Assembly: GCF_006345805.1 (NCBI RefSeq)
Contig: NC_043012.1
Span: forward strand, 14,694,001 to 14,758,000
DNA: 64,000 bases
From: Octopus sinensis
Taxonomy: Eukaryota
Direction: 5' to 3'
The position numbers and the translations under genes are program-made. Numbering within the stretch: the stretch's first letter is position 1; each line of letters begins with the position of its first letter. Below are positions 10,482-21,438 of the stretch, piece by piece. Below the pieces are notes generated by a model. The model did not search any database, was not told the origin of the DNA, and worked only from the letters and a program-made list of their open reading frames with translations.

Positions 10482-13400
10482 TACACATATACATACACAC
10501 ACACTCACACACACACATACTCATACATACACACAATTACACACAAACACACTCACACACACACACTTATGTATATATCTATAGACAGGCTTGATATAAC
10601 TGCTTAGAACAGGAAAGAAAAATTATGAACAGCTTCCCTGCAGATATAAATATTTCTTTCGAAATCAGTGAGAAAAGAAAATAGATTTTGTAATGAACAC
10701 AAAAAGAAGACAACACAGGAAGGACAAGTTTTGATAGCTATAGTATTATTTTAATACTTAAAAAAAAGGGTGTCTTGATATTTTGGACACTAGTCCTTCA
10801 TCAGAAAAATATGAAAGAACAAGAAAAGTCGATAGGAAAAATAAAAAGAATGAGAAGATCTAGTTAGGAAAAAAAAAAGGTTGGGGGCCAGGTAGGGATG
10901 CCATTTTAAGGGGAATTAGGAAGAGGGAGAAGGCGAGGCGGAGTGTGCAGGCACAGGAGGGTATTCATATATTGACTTGAACATAGGAAAATATTGTGTG
11001 TGTGAGGTGGTATGGTGCACATCTGATTTCCGCAGTGGGTGTGTAAGGAAAATACAGGGTGTCCCAGAGTTTACTATTTATTTCATATCCCATTGGATTC
11101 CTTTGCCAAACTATTAATTAACAAAAGCATAAACAAACCAACAACAGTTGTCAGATGGTGGTGGGAATAAATACAGAGACAAACACACACACACACATAT
11201 ATACCATGGCTTCTTTCAGTTTCCATCTATCAAATCCACTCACAAGTCTTTGGTCAGCCTGAGGCTATAGTAGAAGACACTTGCCTAAGGTGTCACAAAG
11301 TGAGGCTAAACCTAGAATCATGTGGTGTGGAAACAAACTTCTTAATTCTTATTTCTTATTTCTTTACTACCCACAAGGAGCTAAACACAGAGAGGACAAA
11401 CAAGGACAGACAAACGGATTAAGTCGATTACATTGACCCCAGTGCATAACTGGTACTTAATTTATCGACCCCAAAAAGATGAAAGGCAAAGTCAACCTCG
11501 GTGGAATTTGAATTCAGAACGTAGCGGCAGACGAAATACTTATTTCTTTACTACCCACAAGGAGCTAAACATAGAGGGGACAAACAAGGACAGACAAACG
11601 GATTAAGTCAATTACATTGACCCCAGTGCATAACTGGTACTTAATTTATCGACCCCAAAAAGATGAAAGGCAAAGTCAACCTCGGTGGAATTTGAATTCA
11701 GAACGTAGCGGCAGATGAAATACCTATTTCTTTACTACCCACAAGGAGCTAAACATAGAGGGGACAAACAAGGACAGACAAACGGATTAAGTCAATTACA
11801 TTGACCCCAGTGCATAACTGGTACTTAATTTATCGACCCCCAAAGGATGAAAGGCAAAGTCGACCTTGGCGGAATTTGAACTCAGAATGTAACGGCAGAC
11901 GAAATACCACTAAGCATTTCGCATGCTAACGTTTCTGCCAGCTCACCACTTCTTACCACACAGCCATGCTTGTGCCTAGATGTGAATAATTTAAAAAAAG
12001 AAAAAACTCCTCAACAAAATTTCTTTTCAAAACATTACAGAAAAAAAATCAAACTGTATGTTAGGTTTAGGGTTAGGGGTTAAGGCTAGGGTTTAGGTTG
12101 AGGGTGAGGATTTAAGGTTAGGGTTAGGGTTTGAGGTTACAGTTAGAGGTTAGGGTTTAGAGTTTAGGGTTCAAAGTTTAGGGATTGACTCATTGTCAAA
12201 GAAAATACACAGACTAAAAGAACATATTCATGATTGTGATGGTGGTTCGGGCAGCAGACTACAGCCTCACTTGTCACTATGGAAACAGGCACCAATATAT
12301 CCGTGGCTTTCAAATGGCTAAAATTACCCAAAATTTGCAAACTTAAAAAGCTACAAACTTTTTTTATTTCTTAATTTATAGCAAAATAAGTTTCATTTTC
12401 ATAAGTGGTATACAAAACTAAATCAGTACACCAAATTTGGAAACAACTGGAACAAAATTTCTAAAAAATAGGAAACTATGGCAGCAACAGAAAAGATCAC
12501 AAAATTCCACTGATGTAGCTTTGTTTCTTTGCTAGAAACCAGCTTTTTCTTTATACAGGGTCTCCATCAGTCAAAGTTCACCATACAACTGCACGTGTAT
12601 GTACAGGCTCAGGAGTGAGGATCTTTTCGGTTTGAACAGCAGTTTTTTCTAGCGGTGTCATATGAAATTGTCACCCATAATTATGACCCTTGTATCGATC
12701 TATTGCATTTCAATCTATTTTAAGGTTAGGGTTAGGGGTGGGGGGAAGGATATCTTTTTTTCTTCACAAATGTAAATAAACCCAATCTGTTTCTTAAACG
12801 AGGGACATATTCATGCAGCACAGAATGTTTTTTACCTCAACAGACGTCAGTGATTGGTTGAAATTGCAGAAATTGAAGAAAAAAACAACAAATATCTTAC
12901 AAACTATAGAATTTTCTCAATAAAGCCAAGAGAAAAAGATGTTTTATAAACACATTCTACCAGTATACAACGTTTAAATTTTTTTAGTTAACTAGAAATT
13001 ATGTTAAAAACTGCCGTTCAAACCGAAAAGATCCAGGAGTGATTTTTTTGTGAAAAAGACTGGCATTTTTCCATACATGCAAGTCTCCCTTTTTTCCAAA
13101 GGAAAGACCATCAACATGGCTCAATACAGCTTGACACCAACATGTACCATTGGCATTACTGTTAGAGCACAAATAACAGAAAATATAGCACAAGACATTT
13201 CACCAGACCTTCTATCAGTGCTACCACTTCTAGCAGCCCAGACTGGTACATATATTATATCAACCCCCAAAAGGACGACTGGCAAAGTTGATTTTGATGG
13301 GATTTAAACACAAAATGCAGAGAATCAGAATAACTGTTGGTGGAGAGTGGGGGGGAGGTATTCTATGCAATTCTCTAACCATTCTGCCAGTTTGCCACTT

Positions 13401-14981
13401 TCTTATATGTATTCTTTTATTCTTTTACTAGCACTATGACCTTGCAATGCCGGGTCATAGTGCTAGTGCATGCATATATAGCTGCGTGCATGCGCACATA
13501 CACGTAAGTACTGTCTAAATCTCCAACCAATCACATACAGCTAGCTGGCATTCAACTGGCGTATCAAGTTTCGGGCATTTTGATTAGGTTTTGGATAGAA
13601 AATTCACAAAAATGTCACTTCTATTGATTTTTAATGGCTTTGCGGGGTGACTGGGGAAATGTAAAGATTTGCACGACCACCCTTGGACGGTTTTGAATGA
13701 CCATAGAAAGTGCGAGCCCTCTAACTGAAAAATTGTGGATTTGTATAAAGGATACACACACAAACATTTTGCCGTTTGTATAGAGAGAGATTTCCTTCAG
13801 TCATTCAACACTGGCCAAGCTGAAGCACCACCTTGAAGGGCTTTGGTCAATTAAATACACTTGCCCAAGGTACAATATAGTGGAACTGAACCCAGAACCA
13901 TGTGGTTGGGAAGCAAGCTTCTTACCACAAAGCCGTGGAGGCACATGGCCTGGTGGTTACAGCAGCCTACTCGCGGTCGCAGAATCACGGGTTCGAATCT
14001 CAGACCGGGTAATGTGTGTGTTTATGAGTGAAACACTTAAGCTCCACACGGCTCCGGCAGAAGGTAATGGTGAACTTCTGCTGACTCTTTTGCCACAACT
14101 TTCTCTCACTCTTTTCTCACCTGTGATGGACTGATGTCCCGTCCAAGTGGGGAACCTATATGCCAAGGAAACCGGAAAACCGGCCCTTATGAGCCAGGCT
14201 TGGCTCGAGAAGGAACAAACCACAAAGCCACGCCTTGTACATATATACAATCATATATTCATATATACACAATCATAAATACACATATATATACACAAAT
14301 ATGCATACACACACATACAAATCAACCTCAGCACTTATTTCTTAAGCCTAGTATTTATTCTACTGGTCCCTTTTGCCAAACTCCTTAGCTATGGGGCATA
14401 AACACACCAACACTGGTTTCAAACGGTGATGGTTGGGGACAGACACAGAGACAAACACAAATATATACACACATACATATATATATATATGACAGGCTTC
14501 TTTCAGTTTCTCTCTACCAAATCCACCTCCAAGATGTTGGGTAGTCGATGGTTATAGTAGAATACACTTGACTAAGGTACCATGCAGTGGGACTGAACCC
14601 GGAACCATGTGGTTGGGAAGCAAGCTTCTTACCACAAAGCCACGCCTTGTACACATACAAAATTATATCTTCATATATACACAATCATATATACATATAT
14701 ATATATACATAAATATACATACACACATACATACATACCTACATACATATATACAGACATACATATACATATATATTTACATATGTATTTTCTCAGGAAA
14801 AAAAAACACAACAAATTAGCTCACGTCCTCCAAATTTAATCAATTAGAGGGTGCAGTGAAGATTTGCTAAACATCTCAGGAGTTCTCCATCTGAGTTTCC
14901 TACAATGCACACACACATACATGTATATACATACACACACATACATATATATACATATACATACACACATATGTATATATA

Positions 14982-15027
<46 letters not shown>

Positions 15028-15326
15028 CCATGACTGACCAGGCTATCAGATGTTGCTACACATCGCTGGTCACAATGCACTTCGCATTGTTTTTTAGCCT
15101 TAAAATGACGCCAACCCACTGGCTAAGCGAGCAGGCCAACAGAAGAAAGAGGGAGAGAAAGTTGTGGCAAAAGAGTACAGCAGGGATCGCCACCACCCCC
15201 TGCCGGAGCCTCATGGAGCTTTAGGTGTTTTCACTCAATAAACACTCACAATGCCCAGTCTGAGGATCGAAACTGCGATCCTACGACCGCAAGTCCGCTG
15301 CCCTAACCACTGGGCCATTGCACCTC

Positions 15327-15412
<86 letters not shown>

Positions 15413-15993
15413 ATATATGGGCACAGGAGTGGATGTGTGGTAAGTAGCTTGCTTACTAACCACATGGTTCTGGGTCAGTCCCACTGTGTGGCACCTTGGG
15501 CAAGTGTCTTCTACTATAGCCTCGGACCGACCAAAGCTTTGTGAGTGGATTTGGTAGACGGAAACTGAAAGAAGCCCGGCGTGTATGTATATATCTATAT
15601 ATATATGTGTGTGTGTGTATGTATATCTTTGTGATTCTGTGTTTGTCTCCCCCACTATCACTTGACAACCGATGTTGGTGTGTCTATGACCCCGTAACTT
15701 AGCGGTTCGGCAAAAAAGACCAATAGAATAAGTACTAGGCTTACAAAGAATAGAGGTGGTGCTCCAGCATGGCCGCTGTCAAATGACTGAAACAAGTAAA
15801 AGAAAGAATATATACACATATGTACTTATATACATACACACACACACAGTATACATCAGCCACTCTTGAACTTACTGTGTAGCCATGTAAACAATAAGAA
15901 CTCTATGGAGAAAGTTCTTCTCTTACCTTTTTCTAATATTCCACTGACCGTTGGTAACTTGCTTTCCGAAACTTCTCGGTAAAACTCATCCAT
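2516..15993 (-). CDS. CCDC81: Coiled-coil domain-containing protein 81, 5' part (coding exons 15927-15993, 4096-4157, 2516-2669); gene continues beyond the left edge
   Basis: Spliced translation [95 protein letters not shown] matches the recognisable N-terminal HU-like domain of CCDC81 (IWxxVSxFxxxQxxLHKGVxIxxxGTFxFxxQKxxxGN...RPVF...TPG). Phases 1, 0, 1 are consistent. Confidence 0.88.
3190..3620 (-). mobile_element. SINE family B fragments (two partial copies)
   Basis: CTTCTTTCAGTTTC..CAAATCCACTCACAAGG repeated. Confidence 0.78.
4096..4157 (-). CDS. CCDC81: CCDC81 coding exon 2
   Basis: tatttttcag acceptor; (D)[20 protein letters not shown]; GTAAGT donor. Confidence 0.9.
4387..5035 (+). 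mobile_element. Cluster of three degenerate family A SINEs separated by (ATT)n
   Basis: Repeated GCTGGCAGAA / GCCTTTCATCC / AAGTACCAG motifs. Confidence 0.8.
5395..6620 (+). mobile_element. 5'-truncated, degenerate RTE-clade LINE (RT C-terminal half, Cys-rich insertion, 3' tail)
   Basis: [19 protein letters not shown] (5688-5699), [25 protein letters not shown] motifs with stops and frameshifts; tail ...GACGTTAAA(TGA)n. Confidence 0.9.
7690..7981. repeat. (CATA)n / (CA)n compound microsatellite
   Basis: Direct reading. Confidence 0.97.
8312..8539 (-). mobile_element. SINE family A
   Basis: Reverse complement of the family consensus, full length. Confidence 0.85.
8952..9156 (-). mobile_element. 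SINE family A
   Basis: Reverse complement of the family consensus. Confidence 0.85.
9285..9425 (+). mobile_element. Short Penelope-like terminal-repeat element with hammerhead motif
   Basis: Same family as 1-240; ends in aatgtaaataatgtaaat. Confidence 0.55.
9322..9367 (+). ncRNA. Minimal type I hammerhead ribozyme motif in a Penelope-like terminal repeat
   Basis: GACAC-CUGAUGA-A-GGCUG(...)CAGCU-GAA-ACGU-U-GUGUU. Confidence 0.65.
9787..10401. repeat. (TATG)n / (TG)n compound microsatellite, about 610 bp
   Basis: Direct reading. Confidence 0.97.
11357..11948 (-). mobile_element. SINE family A trimer (184-bp unit x3, one head)
   Basis: Units start at 11357, 11541 and 11725. Confidence 0.88.
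12061..12183 (+). repeat. Degenerate interstitial (TTAGGG)n-like tract
   Basis: About 20 imperfect TTAGGG/TTTAGGG units. Confidence 0.8.
12619..13034. mobile_element. 416-bp MITE with 29-bp TIRs starting GG and an 8-bp TSD (Merlin-like)
   Basis: TIRs 12619-12647 / 13006-13034 (1 mismatch); exact TSD AGGAGTGA at 12611-12618 and 13035-13042. Confidence 0.85.
13428..13790 (-). mobile_element. Non-autonomous Helitron, copy 1
   Basis: Minus strand A|TC 5' end, CTAG|T 3' end, subterminal hairpin (15-bp IR 13427-13441 / 13453-13467). Confidence 0.75.
13937..14220 (+). mobile_element. SINE family C (tRNA-Arg-like head, Meta-like core)
   Basis: GGAGGC..ATGGCC..GTGGTT..GGTTCGAATC A/B boxes followed by non-tRNA body. 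Confidence 0.78.
14330..14655 (-). mobile_element. SINE family B, degenerate
   Basis: Family motifs; other fragments at about 7490-7690, 11140-11345, 13790-13935, 18860-19050, 22430-22570, 35370-35530, 41440-41570. Confidence 0.72.
15028..15327 (-). mobile_element. SINE family C
   Basis: Reverse complement of the GGAGGTGCAATGGCCCAGTGGTTAGGGCAGCGGAC head. Confidence 0.8.
15419..15808 (+). mobile_element. SINE family B (tRNA head, CORE-like GGGCAAGTGTCTT segment, internal TA/TG microsatellite)
   Basis: GGCACAGGAGTGG.TGTGTGGTAAG head; ...GACTGAAACAAGTAAAAG tail. Confidence 0.85.
15927..15993 (-). CDS. CCDC81: CCDC81 first coding exon (CDS part)
   Basis: ATG GAT GAG...GAA AAA G|GTAAGA; the phase-1 donor fits the next exon; LPTVSG resembles the family LPTLxS motif. 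Confidence 0.7.
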
Positions 15994-16022
15994 TTCTGCT
16001 GTGGCCAGTTGTTGTTCCTTTG

Positions 16023-16053
<31 letters not shown>

Positions 16054-16325
16054 TAGCTTGTATTTGTTTGTTTGACTTACTGAGGCAAGTTTTGCAACAA
16101 ATATATTTATACATATACATATATTTTTCCAGTTTATATTCCTGTATGTTATATTTTAATAATTACTGGTATCTTTATATACTAATATATTTTATATGCA
16201 AAGCATAATATGTTATACATGTAAGTATATTCTTGTAATTGTCAGTTTAGTAAATAAATAAGTTGACAAAATATAATGTCTAAAAGTTGATGAACCACCG
16301 ATTGATCCCCTCCATTTTCTTATTG

Positions 16326-16367
<42 letters not shown>

Positions 16368-16404
16368 GTGTGTGTGTGTATATATATATATATATAGGGA
16401 GAAA

Positions 16405-16631
16405 GGTGGTGAGCTGGCAGATACGTTAGCACCCCGGGCGAAATGCTTAGCGGTATTTCGTCTGTCACTACATTCTGAGTTCAAATTCTGCCGAGGTCAA
16501 CTTTGCCTTTCATCCTTTCGGGGTCGGTAAATAAAGTACAGTTTCGCACTGGGGTCGATATAATCGACTTAATCCCTTTGTCTGTCCTTGTTTATCCTCT
16601 CTATGTTTAGCCCCTTGTGGGCAATAAAGAA

Positions 16632-16634
<3 letters not shown>
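16405..16634 (+). mobile_element. SINE family A
   Basis: Full-length copy between (TA)n tracts. Confidence 0.85.
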
Positions 16635-16667
<33 letters not shown>

Positions 16668-17502
16668 ATATATATATAGGGAGAGAAAGTGAAAGAGAGA
16701 GAGAGAGAGGGTCGATAGATTGATAGTTAAAATGTAATTAACTTATTCATATAAAACAAAGTTTCTACTGTAAATTTATTATGTTCCACAGATTTTTTAT
16801 GTTGTTTTGTATGTTTTTGCCTTATTTAACCCTCAGTCAGGCTTCAGGGAATAAGCTTATGATTAGGTTATGTTTCCAGCCATGACCATCCCATGTTTTC
16901 CTTCCATGCGCATCATGTATTTAATCCTATATCGACTAACGTAACTGAAGTCTTAAATATAATTCTGCTTTCAGACGGTGGAATGTATTTGAAGATGAAT
17001 TTGGCTGCTATTTCTAAAGTCTCAAGTCACCATGCAGGGAGGCTCGTGTATGGCTGTTGTTGATGTCGTTGCTCTTTTGGTGCTGTTGTGTTTGTTGTTG
17101 TCGACTGCTGACAACAGAAGTGCAACGGGAGGAGAGGTTGAGGTCAGCTGCAGCAGTGGAAATGAAACTAAACGAACTGGAAGTAAAATATTCATTTGTC
17201 ACCAGTTATATAAGCACACACACGCACACACACACACACAGACACACACACACATGTATGCACATGCACATACACGTACACTCAAAAACTCACAATGAAA
17301 GAGGGGGGGCATATTTAGTTGAACTTGTTCTTGTTAAAGATACTGTAATCGTTGCTAAGGAGAGGTGTGTATGTGTATGTGTGTAAGAGAGAAAGACAGA
17401 GGGGGGGAGGGAGAGAGAGAGACAGACAGACAGACAGAGAGACAGAGAGAGAGAGAGGTTATTCTTTTTCGAGGCCGAAGGGGTACAACCAGTATATTTC
17501 TT

Positions 17503-17515
17503 GTCGCTAGACAAC
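17503..17515. promoter_or_regulatory. RFX X-box-like motif GTCGCTAGACAAC about 1.5 kb upstream of the CCDC81 ATG
   Basis: Fits GTHNYY-N1-RRNAAC; lies in a small CpG-bearing unique patch (17460-17570). Confidence 0.45.
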
Positions 17516-17579
17516 GCTTACCAAGACACGATCTACCCACAAACACATGGACACTAACTTTCGTGCTTGTGTGTTTGGG

Positions 17580-17607
17580 TGTATGCATATGTGTTTGGGT
17601 GTATATA

Positions 17608-17654
<47 letters not shown>

Positions 17655-17869
17655 ACACATACATACATACATATATGTATCCATACATACATACATACAT
17701 GTATCCATATATATGCATACATAATATATATATATATATATACACATACACATATGCAGTGCAAATATATATATATATATATATATATATGATGAATAAT
17801 TAATAAGGGTGAGAGAATTAGATACTAATTTAATAGTATGTCCATTCAAAATATTATATATATATATGC

Positions 17870-17911
<42 letters not shown>

Positions 17912-17975
17912 CTGACTTAACTCTGGCTAAAACTTTGAAGTTATTGTCAACAATATTCTTAAGAATAAACACACA

Positions 17976-18014
<39 letters not shown>

Positions 18015-18023
18015 ATAATATAT

Positions 18024-18074
<51 letters not shown>

Positions 18075-18221
18075 TATATATATATGTATGTATGTGTGTA
18101 TATATATATATATGTATGTGTATATATATATACACACACACAAATATATATACATGTGTGTGTGTATTTGTGTGTATGTATGTATTTATATATATACATG
18201 AATATATATACACACATATAC

Positions 18222-18255
<34 letters not shown>

Positions 18256-18308
18256 ATCCCCATATATATATATGTGTGTGTGTGTTATATGTATATATCC
18301 ATATATAT

Positions 18309-18345
<37 letters not shown>

Positions 18346-18435
18346 TGCATATATATATATATATGTGCATATATATATATATATATATACATGTATATAT
18401 GTACATAAATACACACACACACGCACACACACACA
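17580..18435. repeat. Extended (TA)n/(CA)n/(TG)n microsatellite mosaic
   Basis: Direct reading; similar tracts at about 14900-15030, 19060-19150, 19330-19510, 47195-47372, 63600-63665, 63865-64000. Confidence 0.95.
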
Positions 18436-19086
18436 CTTAAAGTATACACAACTTGCTGCGTTCACTCCAGTTTCTCTAAATAACAAGTTAAATAAATAAT
18501 GTCCACCTTTTTTTCTTTTTTTATCAAACATAGTGAGGGGAAGGAAAGAGGGGAGAAAGAAAGAAAGGCCGAAAGAAAGAAAGAAAGAAAGAAAGAAAGA
18601 AAAAAAGTGAAACAAGAAGAAAGAGAGCCAAAGTACTGTCCGAGTGCAGAGAGGGGGAAGTAAGGAGTCATCAGATGTTGGTGTTTAATTGCTGTGGCTG
18701 GGCAGGAGTAAATAAACCAGCCTTGAGATAAATCCTACTGCTTTATCTGGTACAAGTATTTAGCTTTATTAATTTCTCTAAGCTTGGAGGACGTTGTTTA
18801 AGATATGGGCATGTTTCAATATGTTAAGGGATTAAGGAAATACGTGCTTTTTTAAAACTTTTACTTATTTCTGTCATTGGACTGTGGCCATGCTGCGGCA
18901 CCGACTCATTAGGTTTTAGTCAAATGAATTGACCTCGGTACACTTTTTTAAGCTTTGTACTTAATCTACCGGTCTCTTTTGCTGAACTACTATATTACAG
19001 GACGTAAACAAACCAACACTGGTTGTGAAGCAGAAGTCAGAGAGAAACACAGACACACACACACATATATATATATATGTATATAT

Positions 19087-19126
<40 letters not shown>

Positions 19127-19326
19127 TCTATATATATATATATATATATCATCATCATCATCATCATCATCGTTTAACGTCAGTTCTCCATGCTAGCATG
19201 GGTTGGACGGTTCGACCGGGGTTCTGGGAAGCCAGAAGGCTGCACCAGGCTCCAGTCTAATCTGGCAATGTTTCTACAGCTGGATGCCCTTCCTAACGCC
19301 AACCACTCCGTGAGTGTAGTGGGTGC

Positions 19327-19393
<67 letters not shown>

Positions 19394-19477
19394 GTATACA
19401 TACATACACATACATATAGATATATATAAGTATATACACACACATATATATACATACATACATACACACACACACAC

Positions 19478-19509
<32 letters not shown>

Positions 19510-19987
19510 ATAAGTGAAATTTATAGAAAAACAAAAGAGGAAGACAGGTATATGAACAACAAGCAAGTGTATTAGTTTGATGCTCAGGAAAAATGAAAAA
19601 GTCTTTTACATGTTGAGCTTATGCTCTTCAGCAGAAAGGAATAGAGAAAATAAACACAGAGAGAGGGGAAAAAACTTGTATATATAATAAACACTAGACA
19701 GGAATAGGCTATGAGATGTCAACACTGGACAAAATATACATTTAAACGATTTAAATAAACATAACTTACTTTCTATAGTAATTATATTAGTTAAGATAAT
19801 GATTGTGATAATTAATGATATTTATGCAAACAATACTAATAAATATAATTATATTAATAATAACAACAATATTAATTGAGGGTATAAACCCAAAATAAGT
19901 GAAATACCTCTGAATAAATAATGTACTCTATACAGTAAAATGTAAAGAAAACTGCTACAATTAATTGTAATCTCTCTTTACTCTCTC

Positions 19988-20371
19988 TTTTACTTGTTTC
20001 AGTCATTTGACTGCGGCCATGCTGGAGCACCGCCTTTAGTCGATCAAATCGACCCCGGGATTTATTCTTTGTAAGCCCAGTACTTATTCTATCGGTCTCT
20101 TTTGCCGAACCGCTAAGTGACGGGGACGTAAACACACCAGCATCGGTTGTCAAGCAATGCTAGGGGGACAAACACAGACACCTAAACACACACACACACA
20201 CACATATATATATACATATATACGACAGGCTTCTTTCAGTTTCCGTCTACCAAATCCACTCACAAGGCATTGGTCGGCCCGGGGCTATAGCAGAAGACAC
20301 TTGCCCAAGATGCCATGCAGTGGGACTGAACCCGGAACCATGTGGTTGGTTAGCAAGCTACTTACCACACA
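19988..20371 (-). mobile_element. SINE family B, young copy
   Basis: Near-identical to 46710-47095. Confidence 0.88.
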
Positions 20372-20683
20372 ACATTTTAAAACCCTTATTCAACTGTAAT
20401 ATTAGTAGAGGTGATTATTATAAGACTAGGACTCAATTCAATTTAAAATGTAATGCTGTCACCTTCAACTGAATAGCAAAGTGGGAAGCTTGTTTGAATT
20501 AGTTCACTTTGAAAACGACAAGATGCACCGTTGGTGAAATTGCAAACAGAGCATTGTGCAGTTGCTGCAGAAGAAACATATGTTGGTCATTTTTATCTAT
20601 ATATGCTGAAGAAAACATTTTAATACAAAAATTTTTGGATGTAAATAAATCTCTATGCTTTTCAATTTTATATATATATATGC

Positions 20684-20714
<31 letters not shown>

Positions 20715-21010
20715 ATCCGACTCGTGGCCGATGCCAGCACCGCCTCGACTGGCTTCCGTGCCGGTGGCACATAAAATACACCAATCCGACCGTGGCCGTT
20801 GCCAGCCTCGCCTGGCACCTGTGCAGGTGGCACGTAAAAAGCACCCACTACACTCACGGAGTGGTTGGCGTTAGGAAGGGCATCTAGCTGTAGAAACATT
20901 GCCAGATAAGACTGGAGCCTGGTGCAGCCTTCTGGCTTCCCAGAACCCCGGTCGAACCGTCCAACCCATGCTAGCATGGAGAACGGACGTTAAACGATGA
21001 TGATGATGAT
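20715..21010 (+). mobile_element. Non-autonomous RTE-tailed element; tail-only copies on minus at about 19165-19332, 27230-27362, 35238-35281, 42590-42790, 47395-47500
   Basis: Shared 3' about 150 bp and (GAT)n tail. Confidence 0.8.
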
Positions 21011-21030
21011 ATATGTGTGTGTGTGTGTGT

Positions 21031-21255
21031 GGAGGTGCGTGGCTTAGTGGTTAGGGTGTCAGCATCATGATTGTAAGATTGTGGTTTCGATTCCTGGACT
21101 GGGCGACGCGTTATGTTCTTAAGCAAAACACTTCATTTCACATTGCTCCAGTCCACTCAGCTGGCAAAAATGAGTAACTGTCCAGCTAGGGAACACATAT
21201 GCCATTGAAACCAAGAAACCGGGCCCATGAGCCTGGCTAGGCTTTAAAAGGGCGC

Positions 21256-21265
<10 letters not shown>
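21031..21265 (+). mobile_element. SINE family C variant; inverted sister copy at about 21919-22169
   Basis: GTTCTT.AGCAAAACACTTCATTTCAC.TTGCTCCAGTCCACTCAG core; further copies at about 5185-5340 and 33205-33485. Confidence 0.8.
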
Positions 21266-21288
<23 letters not shown>

Positions 21289-21438
21289 AATGTGTGTGTG
21301 TTTTTTCCGGTGTTTACAAATAACACGGGAAAATAAATAAACAGTTACCAGGGTAGCAAAAATTCACACAAGTATCAAGGATGTAACAGCCTACTTATAA
21401 AGGTAGAAACTCCAGGTTTAGGTGAAATGTTTTGTATG

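Noticed and set aside
7555-10607. Long ORFs of (MYVC)n / (HTYI)n up to 272 aa
   Set aside because: Translations of stop-free TATG/CATA microsatellites; the same applies to the YI, CV, poly-I and poly-N ORFs throughout the track.
10860-11100. Possible GIY-YIG/PLE coding remnant beside the 10773 ribozyme relic
   Set aside because: No interpretable translation in any minus frame by eye; would need a profile search.
11357-11948. Regularly spaced repeats suggesting a CRISPR array
   Set aside because: 184-bp SINE units without unique spacers, eukaryotic context, no cas genes.
12061-12183. Chromosome end / true telomere
   Set aside because: Short, degenerate and internal to an intron.
17032-17298. 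88-aa + strand ORF with a signal-peptide-like hydrophobic start
   Set aside because: The hydrophobic run derives from (GTT/GCT)n-like simple sequence, the ORF ends in a CA microsatellite, and no splice support or homology was recognised.
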